From a virus (lineage: Duplodnaviria; Caudoviricetes): a stretch of 35,619 bases of DNA. The notes beneath the pieces were generated by a model that saw nothing but the letters and a program-made list of their open reading frames with translations, did no database searches and was not told where the DNA came from. A program made the position numbers and the translations under genes. Below are positions 16,583 to 25,200 of this stretch, piece after piece. How positions within the stretch are numbered: position 1 is the stretch's first letter; each line of letters begins with the position of its first letter. The stretch lies in the IMG/VR virus record IMGVR_UViG_3300020045_004184, positions 1 through 35,619 of that record; one strand, given 5' to 3'.

Positions 16583-16737
16583 TGGAACACATATTAAAAG
16601 CAACCATAGCAAACCAACAAGCGCAATTAATTAAAAAAGAAGAACGTATTACGCAATTAGAAGATGCAGTAAAAAACTTAACCAAGCGCATAGCGGAGTT
16701 AAAAGCTAAGCCTATTAAAAGGAGACGTAAAGAATGA
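16582..16737 (+). CDS. 51-aa coiled-coil protein
   Basis: MEHILKATIANQQAQLIKKEERITQLEDAV...; coupled at both ends. Confidence 0.6.
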   Translation: MEHILKATIANQQAQLIKKEERITQLEDAVKNLTKRIAELKAKPIKRRRKE

Positions 16738-16922
16738 AAAAATGTAACGATTGTGAGTGTTTATTTCACTCATACGAAAATTGCCCTAGTTGCGGAAGCG
16801 AAAACATTGCAAACTATAAGCCGTCAGACGAACATTTCAAAGAAGCTAAAGATGATATTCTTATAGAGCAAATGGGCGCTATGGTTGAATTTAGTCCGCT
16901 TAACGATTTGGAGATTGAATGA
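16734..16922 (+). CDS. Zinc-ribbon protein
   Basis: CNDC...CPSCGS. Confidence 0.7.
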   Translation: MKKCNDCECLFHSYENCPSCGSENIANYKPSDEHFKEAKDDILIEQMGAMVEFSPLNDLEIE

Positions 16923-17146
16923 AATACAGAACAGAACAACTCTACGGCATAAACCCTAAAGAGTTAGCGAACATGAGGCATTACGACGCTTTGCAAAAAT
17001 CAAGACAGTGCGCTGTTGCGCATTTAGCCAATTTGGTGCACGAAGATGAACCAATGGAGTCATGGAGCGTTGAGAAAAGAGAGTTAGTAGCTTATTTAAA
17101 AAAAGCTATTGAATGGTGTGAAATTAAAATTGATGAAATGGAGTGA
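16919..17146 (+). CDS. Hypothetical protein
   Basis: GGAG RBS, ATGA overlap. Confidence 0.65.
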   Translation: MKYRTEQLYGINPKELANMRHYDALQKSRQCAVAHLANLVHEDEPMESWSVEKRELVAYLKKAIEWCEIKIDEME

Positions 17147-17150
17147 AAGC

Positions 17151-17582
17151 ATGAACGATAAAATACCACCAATCTTAAAAGACCACGCAATTGCCTCTTG
17201 CAAACATGGTGTGCCGTTTGATAGCGAGTGCGGCAAGTGTATGGAAAACGCTGAAATTTATAAAGCATCTATGGAACGAGTAAATGCCTATCAAGTAAAT
17301 ATGGAAAATGATAAATTAATACCAGAAGTAGCAATAAGAACATTTAATCACCCTCTTAAAAATCCAAACAGTAGATATTATGAACTTTGGCATGACGTAG
17401 AAAGTATTGACATTATTGAGTCTATTTTAACAAAAGATGAGCTTATCGGAGCGTGTAAATTTAATATCCTTAAGTATCAGCTTCGATTAGGCAAAAAAGA
17501 TGACACAGCTAAAGAGTGCGCTAAAATTAAAACTTATCAAGATTATTTATCTTATTTGGAGAGTGACAATGTGGAAGCATAA
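17151..17582 (+). CDS. DUF3310 (SaV-like) domain protein
   Basis: ESIDII...GACKFNILKYQLRLGKKD...KIKTY. Confidence 0.8.
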   Translation: MNDKIPPILKDHAIASCKHGVPFDSECGKCMENAEIYKASMERVNAYQVNMENDKLIPEVAIRTFNHPLKNPNSRYYELWHDVESIDIIESILTKDELIGACKFNILKYQLRLGKKDDTAKECAKIKTYQDYLSYLESDNVEA

Positions 17583-17712
17583 AGAAAAAGGCTTTACAGT
17601 CTATATGGTGCGCTTTGAGAACGGCTGGGCATATTTTAGAAGTAGCGGTATTAACGACATAATGGACGAAGTAAAATTTAGAAAAGTGTATGAGCTAGTA
17701 AATGAAAATTAA
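17569..17712 (+). CDS. 47-aa hypothetical protein
   Basis: GGAG RBS before MWKHKEKG. Confidence 0.55.
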   Translation: MWKHKEKGFTVYMVRFENGWAYFRSSGINDIMDEVKFRKVYELVNEN

Positions 17713-18166
17713 CGAAGATTTTTATAAAGATATAGCCGTCATTTATTTGGCGGTTGGGCTTATTGATTTAAGTGAGCAAGTGGAAAAAGGTGAGTTTGAG
17801 AGTGAAGTTTTGGTAGGTGGCAACTCTTTGAGCGATGTTGAGATCAACGTTAGGACAAAGCTACTTAAACAAAAAATGGTTAACATCATTAAAAAGTGTT
17901 CTAAGTTTGAAAGCAAAGTAAAGCCATTGCGTGAAGCGTTACTACTAAAAGCGATTGAAATGGCAAAGGATAGCATACAGCTAGACTACTTAGCTATGTA
18001 CATTCTGCGCTTTAGATTTAAGCCTTTAAAAGGGCGTGAGATGGCTAATATGTTTAAAGAGATAGCCAAGTATGATATCATTTCGATCATGGAGTTATTA
18101 GATAAAACTTTGATAGCTGGGCGTGATGAAGAAATGTGTGAAATGGCTTTTGATGTTTTGAATTAA
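17702..18166 (+). CDS. Hypothetical protein, 154 aa
   Basis: ORF track; last gene before an intergenic control region. Confidence 0.7.
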   Translation: MKINEDFYKDIAVIYLAVGLIDLSEQVEKGEFESEVLVGGNSLSDVEINVRTKLLKQKMVNIIKKCSKFESKVKPLREALLLKAIEMAKDSIQLDYLAMYILRFRFKPLKGREMANMFKEIAKYDIISIMELLDKTLIAGRDEEMCEMAFDVLN

Positions 18167-18190
18167 AGGTTATATTTATCTTTAAATGTG

Positions 18191-18313
18191 TATAATAATT
18201 GTGAAAACAAAGGGCTGGGTAGTAGCAGTCCTTAACTTTTAAATGAGGCTAGTTATCCCACGCACTAGCTTCTTTTAAGAGTATATCTAAGAAGCGTGGG
18301 AACTTCACTACTC
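18191..18313 (+). promoter_or_regulatory. -10 box and two-hairpin structured leader of the helicase gene
   Basis: TATAAT 18191; stems 18210-18217/18226-18233 and 18235-18253/18264-18282 with G-U pairs. Confidence 0.65.
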
Positions 18314-18332
18314 AAATAACAATCCCGAAAGT

Positions 18333-19703
18333 ATGATAATGAATTATGAAGAGTTCATTGATAGCAAAAAGCATACTTCAAATAATTACGGCTTTGATGC
18401 TTTATTTATCCCTGATATGGCTTTTGACTTTCAGAAAAACATTATTGAGAGAGCGATTAAAAAAGGCCGTATTGGTATTTTTGCAGATACTGGATTAGGA
18501 AAGACTTTAATGTCTTTATCAATCGCTTATAATATAGTTTTAAAGACTAACAAAAAAGTGTTAATACTCACCCCTTTAGCGGTGGCGTTTCAATTTATAG
18601 ACGAAGCAATTAAGCTACAAATTGACGATATAGAATACTCAAAAGATGGTAATCATACTAAAAAGATTGTAATTTGTAATTATGAAAGATTGCATTATTT
18701 TAATAGCGATGATTTTGAGTGCGTGATACTTGATGAAAGTTCTATTTTAAAGAATTTTAACGGTCAAATTAAAAATCAAATAACAAGCTTTATTAAAAAA
18801 GTACCTTATAGATTTTTAACAACTGCAACACCATCACCAAATGATTTTATCGAACTTGGCACAAGTAGCGAGGCTTTGGGTTATATGGGTTATATGGATA
18901 TGCTTACTAAATTTTTTAAGAACAATCAAAATTCAGTAGATAGCAATAATCGAAACATAGGCGAAAAGTTTTATCTTAAGCCTCACGCTGAAAAAGCATT
19001 TTTTCAATGGGTAAATACTTGGTCAATTATGATTAAAAAACCATCTGATATAGGATTTAGTGATGATAGATATTCTTTGCCTGAACTAATAACCAATAGC
19101 CATTCAGTACAGAATTTATCACTTTTGGGGGGTGACGGTCAATATAGATTATTTGTTCAAGATGCTAAAACTATGAGCGAAATAAGAACGGAACAAAAAC
19201 AAACAGAAGATGATAGATGTATAAAAGCTGTTGAGTTAGCACAAAATAAAACTAGCGTTTATTGGTGCAATACAAACAATGAGAGTGCTATTTTAAAAAG
19301 ACTTGATAAAGAAGCGGTTGAGATTATAGGCTCTCAAACCATAGAACAAAAAGAGGAAACATTAAAAGCTTTTGCAAAAGGTGATATAAAAAGAATTATC
19401 ACAAAAGCAAAAATGACTGGAATGGGTTTAAACTGGCAACACTGTAACCATAGTGTGTTTTTCCCTACTTGGAGTTATGAGCAGTATTATCAAGCTGTGA
19501 GGCGTTTTTGGCGTTTCGGACAAACAAGCGATGTTACTATTGACTTAGTTATTTCAGACGGTCAAGCTCGAGTGATGGAAGCATTAAAACAAAAGACACA
19601 GAAAGCACAAGAGCTTTATGAAAATTTAGTAAAAAATGTAAATGATGTTTATATAGAAAAAGAGTTAAAAGCCAAACAAACAATAATAAAACCAAAATTT
19701 TAA
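18333..19703 (+). CDS. SNF2/DEAD-like superfamily 2 helicase
   Basis: ADTGLGKT, ILDESS, TATPSPND, GLNWQHC, QAVRRFWRFGQ. Confidence 0.92.
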   Translation: MIMNYEEFIDSKKHTSNNYGFDALFIPDMAFDFQKNIIERAIKKGRIGIFADTGLGKTLMSLSIAYNIVLKTNKKVLILTPLAVAFQFIDEAIKLQIDDIEYSKDGNHTKKIVICNYERLHYFNSDDFECVILDESSILKNFNGQIKNQITSFIKKVPYRFLTTATPSPNDFIELGTSSEALGYMGYMDMLTKFFKNNQNSVDSNNRNIGEKFYLKPHAEKAFFQWVNTWSIMIKKPSDIGFSDDRYSLPELITNSHSVQNLSLLGGDGQYRLFVQDAKTMSEIRTEQKQTEDDRCIKAVELAQNKTSVYWCNTNNESAILKRLDKEAVEIIGSQTIEQKEETLKAFAKGDIKRIITKAKMTGMGLNWQHCNHSVFFPTWSYEQYYQAVRRFWRFGQTSDVTIDLVISDGQARVMEALKQKTQKAQELYENLVKNVNDVYIEKELKAKQTIIKPKF

Positions 19704-19712
19704 GGGGATAAA

Positions 19713-20720
19713 ATGCAAGTAAAAAACCAAGTAGTAACAGATAGATATGCGATTTACAATGACGACTGTATGAATGTAGTTAAGATTTTAGATAATGAAA
19801 GCGTAGATTTAATTTTATATTCTCCACCTTTCGCAGGGCTTTATAATTATAGTTCCAACCCTGCTGATTTTTCAAACTGTGAAAGTAAAGAACAATTTTT
19901 AGAACAATATGAGTATCTTGTAAAAGAACTTTCAAGAATAACTAAAAAAGGGCGTATTAATGCTGTGCATTGTACCGATGTTTTTGATAACACTTGCAGA
20001 CTATGGGATTTTCCTCACGAAATTATTAAGCTACACGAAAAATACGGATTTGAATATCGTAACCGCATAACAATATGGAAAGAGCCTTTAAAAGTTAGAA
20101 TGAGAACAATGGTACAATCTTTAATGCACAAATTTATAGTAGAAGATAGCACAAAGTGTTTTACTGCTATGCCTGATTATATGCTTATTTTTACTAAAAA
20201 AGGCGATAACGAAGTTCCAGTAACCCACCCTTTTGGTATCAACGATTATGCGGGTGAAACTCCTATTTTGCCAAATATTTTAAGAGCTTGGAATAATGCA
20301 AACGGAACAGATTATAATGAAGAAGAACTTTGGGCGTATCTAAATAAAACAAAAGAAGATGATAAGGTAACTAAACTTAATCATTATGTATGGCAAAGAT
20401 ATGCTTCTAGTGTTTGGGACGATATCCGCATAGACAATGTTTTACCTTTTAGAGATGGTAAAGAAGAAGATGACGAAAAGCACGTACACCCTTTACAGCT
20501 TGATGTAATTGATAGAATTGTAGAACTATACTCAAATCCTGACGAAGTTGTTTTTACTCCATTTATGGGTGTAGGTAGTGAGGTTTATAGCCCCGTTTCA
20601 ATGGGTAGAAAAGCCATAGGGGTAGAGTTAAAAGATAGCTATTTTAAACAAGCTACAATCAATTTACAACACGCTGAAACACGCTATAAAAAGAAAATAG
20701 AACAAGCTAGTTTATTCTAA
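19713..20720 (+). CDS. N4/N6 DNA methyltransferase (beta class, SPPF, likely m4C)
   Basis: YSPPF catalytic motif precedes HVHPLQL and FTPFMGVGS (SAM binding). Confidence 0.92.
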   Translation: MQVKNQVVTDRYAIYNDDCMNVVKILDNESVDLILYSPPFAGLYNYSSNPADFSNCESKEQFLEQYEYLVKELSRITKKGRINAVHCTDVFDNTCRLWDFPHEIIKLHEKYGFEYRNRITIWKEPLKVRMRTMVQSLMHKFIVEDSTKCFTAMPDYMLIFTKKGDNEVPVTHPFGINDYAGETPILPNILRAWNNANGTDYNEEELWAYLNKTKEDDKVTKLNHYVWQRYASSVWDDIRIDNVLPFRDGKEEDDEKHVHPLQLDVIDRIVELYSNPDEVVFTPFMGVGSEVYSPVSMGRKAIGVELKDSYFKQATINLQHAETRYKKKIEQASLF

Positions 20721-20930
20721 ATGCAATCCCGAACCCATAGCCTCATTGAGAGCCTCACAAACGTTCTAATCGGTTACGTCACTGCTTTGGTATCGCAGAT
20801 AGTAATCTTTCCACTCTTTGGCATTTATGTGCCATTGAGTGATAATTTGCTTATTGGTTTTTGGTTTACGATTATTTCTTTGATTAGGTCGTATGTTTTG
20901 AGAAGATGGTTTAATAAAAAAGCCCGTTGA
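20721..20930 (+). CDS. Small membrane protein often linked to phage methyltransferases (DUF7220-like)
   Basis: QSRTHSLIESLTNVLIGY...SLIRSYVLRRWFN. Confidence 0.75.
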   Translation: MQSRTHSLIESLTNVLIGYVTALVSQIVIFPLFGIYVPLSDNLLIGFWFTIISLIRSYVLRRWFNKKAR

Positions 20931-20945
20931 TGAGACGGGCTAAAA
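20916..20945. terminator. Intrinsic terminator at the convergence of early and late regions
   Basis: AGCCCGT/ACGGGCT stem; U-run on the minus strand. Confidence 0.75.
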
Positions 20946-20966
20946 GGGTAAGATGAAAGTATGAAG
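20916..20966 (-). ncRNA. Candidate pyrimidine-rich sRNA of about 50 nt
   Basis: TGCTATAAT (20981-20973) lies directly upstream and the terminator directly downstream; no ORF. Confidence 0.5.
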
Positions 20967-20986
20967 AATAGTATTATAGCATAAAA

Positions 20987-21592
20987 TTAATGTTTTTTAC
21001 TAAATGCTCTTACATTGCTTTTATCAGCGAACCAAAAACCTACCGCAGTACTTGAAATAAACACTAAAAGGTCGATTGTTGGAACTATAACAAGAGTCAT
21101 AATTTGCTCAGGTGATACAGTTTCTAGTGCAGAGTAAAGACCCCATGCTGTTACAAAAATATAACAGTTAAAAAGCAAACTACCTACAGTAATAAATGGG
21201 CGTATAATGCTTCTTGACAATTCAATTAATAGACTATTACCATAAATTAATGGGCGCATAATAATACCAACCCAGCTATCATCACTAATCATTTTAAGCA
21301 TTACATCTTTTTCTATGTAATTGCCAGTCGTCTTTTCAATTAAAGAGCTTCTGCCTTCTGCTTCTTGACCATCTGCTTTTATTTCCTCAACTTGCACGGC
21401 ACGTTCTGTGATTGTTTCTTCAATCTGAATACGTGCGTTAATCTCTGCAATAGTAGCGTCACTTTGAGTTTTAATTTTTTTAAGCTCAAACTCTTGGTCA
21501 TTTACTTTTTCTTTGTTTTTCATCCATTGTGTAAACAATGAAGTTAAACTACCTAAAAGCCCACCTCCTAAAAGGTTAATTATGGTATTCAT
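20987..21592 (-). CDS. Holin-like membrane protein
   Basis: N-terminal LLGGGLLGSLTSLF, RSIIRPFIT, two TM segments, AVGFWFADK; follows the putative lysin. Confidence 0.65.
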   Translation of the reverse strand: MNTIINLLGGGLLGSLTSLFTQWMKNKEKVNDQEFELKKIKTQSDATIAEINARIQIEETITERAVQVEEIKADGQEAEGRSSLIEKTTGNYIEKDVMLKMISDDSWVGIIMRPLIYGNSLLIELSRSIIRPFITVGSLLFNCYIFVTAWGLYSALETVSPEQIMTLVIVPTIDLLVFISSTAVGFWFADKSNVRAFSKKH

Positions 21593-22016
21593 TTATGATC
21601 CTTAATGTAAAATCTTGTTTGTCTAATAACTGCATAAAATCAATTAATGCTTGTTGAGATTGGAAAATACATTTTTGTTTTATTCCAAACTTATTTACTG
21701 CGTTTCCTTTTTGGTATCCTAGCGCAATACACCCCTCTAGGTGGCTCTGTAAGCCCTTTTGTTTGTCCCCTGCGAAGTTTGCCCCGTGTATTAGTATAAA
21801 GCTTCTTTTTGGTACGTTTTTGACGTTGTATAATGTTTTTTTAAATGAAGGTGAATATCTTAGTGATGTTTCATATTCTCCGCTTGGTATGCAACTAATA
21901 GATGGCTGATTATTGTAATCTGGAAGTTCTAACGTAAAACATTTAAAATCATCAATAGTTAATACACCAAAAGTTCCGCGTATTGATGTTTCAAAACGTT
22001 TTAACGTTGCGATCAT
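21576..22016 (-). CDS. DUF5675 family protein, putative lysin
   Basis: GTFGVL...CFTLELP...SCIPSGEY...ILIHGAN...EGCIALG. Confidence 0.8.
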   Translation of the reverse strand: MIATLKRFETSIRGTFGVLTIDDFKCFTLELPDYNNQPSISCIPSGEYETSLRYSPSFKKTLYNVKNVPKRSFILIHGANFAGDKQKGLQSHLEGCIALGYQKGNAVNKFGIKQKCIFQSQQALIDFMQLLDKQDFTLRIINEYHN

Positions 22017-22414
22017 TTCCATAATCCTTTAAGCAAAAAACTTACAAACCAAACGCCTACACTAATTCCACCGCTCCAAAGAGCTATTTTAATTTTCATA
22101 CTTTCAATGTCTTTATCTAATTTTTCAAAAGATTTTACGAGTTTTTCAATTTCTATATTGACGTGTTTTACTTGTTCGTCACGAACATTTACTGCATTTT
22201 GTAAAGGCATACAGCCTTTTGTATTGTGCATTATTCTTAATGCATCCATTTCTTTCTGTACGTTATTAATAGCGTCCATTTGTCTTACATTATTTGCGTT
22301 GCTTTGATTTATTGATATTTTTAATTCACTCATAGTATCAATTACTTGATCGAACTTTTTATTAAGTCCTTCTATGTACATATGTATCACGGTTGTTTCA
22401 TTGTCCGCTGGCAT
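22013..22414 (-). CDS. Coiled-coil protein with C-terminal TM (lysis cassette)
   Basis: Heptad pattern then IALWSGGISVGVWFVSFLL. Confidence 0.65.
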   Translation of the reverse strand: MPADNETTVIHMYIEGLNKKFDQVIDTMSELKISINQSNANNVRQMDAINNVQKEMDALRIMHNTKGCMPLQNAVNVRDEQVKHVNIEIEKLVKSFEKLDKDIESMKIKIALWSGGISVGVWFVSFLLKGLWK

Positions 22415-22715
22415 TTTTATCCTTAATGCTTTTTAATATAAACAAAATTATAAATGCCATGCACAATATTAAAAATGTAATTTTAAAAAAATACACGGGT
22501 GGACTTACAAAAATCAATACTCCATTAAGCATGGAAAAAATAATCATTAAAAATATTATAGCCATTTCAACAAGATTACCAACTACTAAAACACTTCCAT
22601 TAATAGGGTGTTTTGCAATTATTACATTTTTATAATAATAAGCACATACAATGCTCAATACTGCACAACATCCTTCTAATAATGATACCATAAGTCTTAA
22701 TAATTCGTAATTCAT
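22398..22715 (-). CDS. Multi-pass membrane protein
   Basis: Three hydrophobic segments; ATGA overlap. Confidence 0.6.
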   Translation of the reverse strand: MNYELLRLMVSLLEGCCAVLSIVCAYYYKNVIIAKHPINGSVLVVGNLVEMAIIFLMIIFSMLNGVLIFVSPPVYFFKITFLILCMAFIILFILKSIKDKNASGQ

Positions 22716-23173
22716 AAAGCACCCCATATTAAACTAAAAAATACAACACCTTGGAATAACCCGTACCAAATTTCTTGATGTTCCCACCCTAAATTCATAT
22801 ATTTAAAGTTCCATATTTTAGCTGTTTGATAACCTATTTCGCACGCTACTGGAAACGCTAACCCTAGAATAATGATAGCTACAGCCACTATGCGCCAATC
22901 AATGAAGTAAATCAAAGGTAATAAACAAGCCCACCAAAGAAGCCCTCTAAAGAATAGCCACACTCTGTTGTACCAAAGATTAAGTCTATGTACCGTGAGT
23001 TCGCCGACTGGTGTACCCCATTTAAAACACTCACCAATTACGTATAAAATACCCACCGAAAGAGCGACATAGTGGTTGTTGAACACGCTATACAAAACGT
23101 AAGCCATGAGCATACCGATAAATTTTGAGTATGCTCCCACGGTGCCACGTAATCGGTTTAAAATAATAAACAT
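22712..23173 (-). CDS. Multi-pass membrane protein
   Basis: MFIILNRLRG...WEHQEIWYG; several TM segments. Confidence 0.7.
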   Translation of the reverse strand: MFIILNRLRGTVGAYSKFIGMLMAYVLYSVFNNHYVALSVGILYVIGECFKWGTPVGELTVHRLNLWYNRVWLFFRGLLWWACLLPLIYFIDWRIVAVAIIILGLAFPVACEIGYQTAKIWNFKYMNLGWEHQEIWYGLFQGVVFFSLIWGAL

Positions 23174-23463
23174 TATGCGCCCTTTAGGATTAAATCCCAT
23201 TCCCCATAAATCCATGTAGCGGAAGTGTCAATATTTGCTTTATAGGCTGAATTATCTTTAAAGACAAACATCCCTTTTTTATATACTTTTTCTTCGTATG
23301 TGTCTATTCCTTTCGGGTAATTGTCGCTTGTAATTTCTGTAGCAAACCCAAACTGCACATAAATTTTTGCTATTTCTTCGGAGATAACACCGTCTTGTGT
23401 ATTATATTGCCAACCTAAAAACAATCCTAAACTTGGAATTTCTTTGAGTGCTAATATTTTCAT
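23173..23463 (-). CDS. Hypothetical protein with small beta-rich C-terminus
   Basis: YKKGMFVFKDNSAYKANIDTS...W. Confidence 0.65.
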   Translation of the reverse strand: MKILALKEIPSLGLFLGWQYNTQDGVISEEIAKIYVQFGFATEITSDNYPKGIDTYEEKVYKKGMFVFKDNSAYKANIDTSATWIYGEWDLILKGA

Positions 23464-23841
23464 TTATGCCCCCCATATTTCTAATTTTTTAGCGTCAAGT
23501 AATAATGATACTTGATTTAAAACTTGTTGAAGTTCAATTTTATTAGTAGTAACAAACCCATATTTAGCGGGAAAAGTTGTTTCTTCTGCATCTGTAAGAG
23601 TTGCTTTTTTTAATTCCATTAAAGTACAGTTATTTTGGTTTCCAATAAATGTTTTTTCATTAATTGTAATTTCTAAACTATCCCAATATGCCTGCAATTC
23701 ATTTTTTTTAATTTCGTCTATTTGTTCATCCGTTGGCTTAAAAACTGGAACATCTAAACTAAAGATTTCATCCTCTGTAATATCGCTTTCGCTGTTTATT
23801 GCCCTATACCCAAGATTATCTTTTCTTATTGCGTATCCCAT
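23464..23841 (-). CDS. Tail fibre assembly-like protein
   Basis: MGYAIRKDNLGYRAINSESDI; directly after the fibre gene. Confidence 0.6.
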   Translation of the reverse strand: MGYAIRKDNLGYRAINSESDITEDEIFSLDVPVFKPTDEQIDEIKKNELQAYWDSLEITINEKTFIGNQNNCTLMELKKATLTDAEETTFPAKYGFVTTNKIELQQVLNQVSLLLDAKKLEIWGA

Positions 23842-25190
23842 TATAAATTGTCCTCCCATCCTAAAATAAATGCTCCACGGCTTGCCGTATCAGAAGCGTA
23901 ATAGATATTTGTACTTTCCAAATTAAACCAACCACTAGAACTGACGTTACCATTCGCTGATATTGGTGGAGGGTTGGTTGTTGAGTTGCCAGCACCGTAA
24001 CTATTATTAGGTGCTACCATTGCACCGCCTGCCGCTACTGGAATTAAAACACCTATACGCACGGCGGTTGTAGGTGTGTAATTAGAAATAGAACCAGCCA
24101 CCCATGTCGGGGTGGTGAAACTTCCTTGCACTCCTGAAATAGGAGAAGGCAATGCTGTTAAGTTTGAGCCAGTCGCTACTTTGTATTGAACTGTTTTACC
24201 AGCTTGGATAAACGAAAGAGGATATTTATTTGCAGTACTGTCTGTCCTAACCCATCCCACACGAGCTTTATGTGTATATCCACTTGGAAGCGTTGGGGCT
24301 GTCGCGCTTAAGCTCATAAGCCCAGCAGCGGTCGTACCATTCCAAATAATCCAAAGTGAATACCATGTACTTGTTGCGAGTGTTCCCGTATCAAGCCCAT
24401 TCGCTCCAACGCTTGTGCCTGCAACTGTTAAAGAAACAGCCCTTAGTGTAGCGTATGCGTTACTTGAATTTTCCACGGCTATTTCATCGCATGTAATTGT
24501 TACGTTTGCAGACAATCCAGTTGCAGAAGCTTTAAGATTTGAAAATGCGCCAATAGTTTGAGAATATGAGCTAATATATTGAGTGTCAAAATAAGTTTTT
24601 AAAGTAGCTTTTAAGTTTGCCCATGTGAGTTTTTTTAAAGTAAAGGCAGATTCACTATCTGTTATTCCAAGTTCATCGGCATCTACTGGCGTAGTTTTTG
24701 ATGTAGAGGCGTGAATATCTACTGGAACATTGCCAACCATTGCTTTTTCAGTATCTAGTTCATTTAATGCGCCTTGAACAGTAGTTGCGCTTATGTTACC
24801 GTTTGGCGTGTTTTTAATTTGTGAAGCAATAGTCAAAGCGAACCAATTACTAGGAGTAGCGATTGGGGAGGTATTTCCAGCGATTAAAACCTTATAAATA
24901 ACCCCGCTATATTCCCACGATTGGCCTAATGCCGTAGTTTGATTAATCCATGTGCCCATGAAATTAGAAGCCGCCACTGCATCTGTTGCAGCTGATACCG
25001 CACTCTCTTCTTTTGCGTTTACATTTTCTTCCAATGCATTTGCCTCTATTGCAAAAGTATTGGCGTTGGTAGTCCATGTTCCCGCTAAAATATCTTGGCT
25101 TGCTTCTTGTGCGTTAACAAAATCATCACGAGCTAAAACGCCTCTGTGTGGAAAGTTTAAGTTAGTTGGTAAACTTACGGTTATTGCCAT
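23841..25190 (-). CDS. Tail fibre / receptor-binding protein
   Basis: VQGALNELDTEK, KTTPVDAD...KLTWANLKATL, GANGLDTG...PTLPSGYTHKARVG; position after the tail tip gene. Confidence 0.8.
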   Translation of the reverse strand: MAITVSLPTNLNFPHRGVLARDDFVNAQEASQDILAGTWTTNANTFAIEANALEENVNAKEESAVSAATDAVAASNFMGTWINQTTALGQSWEYSGVIYKVLIAGNTSPIATPSNWFALTIASQIKNTPNGNISATTVQGALNELDTEKAMVGNVPVDIHASTSKTTPVDADELGITDSESAFTLKKLTWANLKATLKTYFDTQYISSYSQTIGAFSNLKASATGLSANVTITCDEIAVENSSNAYATLRAVSLTVAGTSVGANGLDTGTLATSTWYSLWIIWNGTTAAGLMSLSATAPTLPSGYTHKARVGWVRTDSTANKYPLSFIQAGKTVQYKVATGSNLTALPSPISGVQGSFTTPTWVAGSISNYTPTTAVRIGVLIPVAAGGAMVAPNNSYGAGNSTTNPPPISANGNVSSSGWFNLESTNIYYASDTASRGAFILGWEDNL

Positions 25191-25200
25191 TTTATTCCTT

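Noticed and set aside
23464-25190. Diversity-generating retroelement or invertible tail-fibre cassette
   Set aside because: No reverse transcriptase, invertase, TR/VR pair or duplicated fibre tip is visible in the window.
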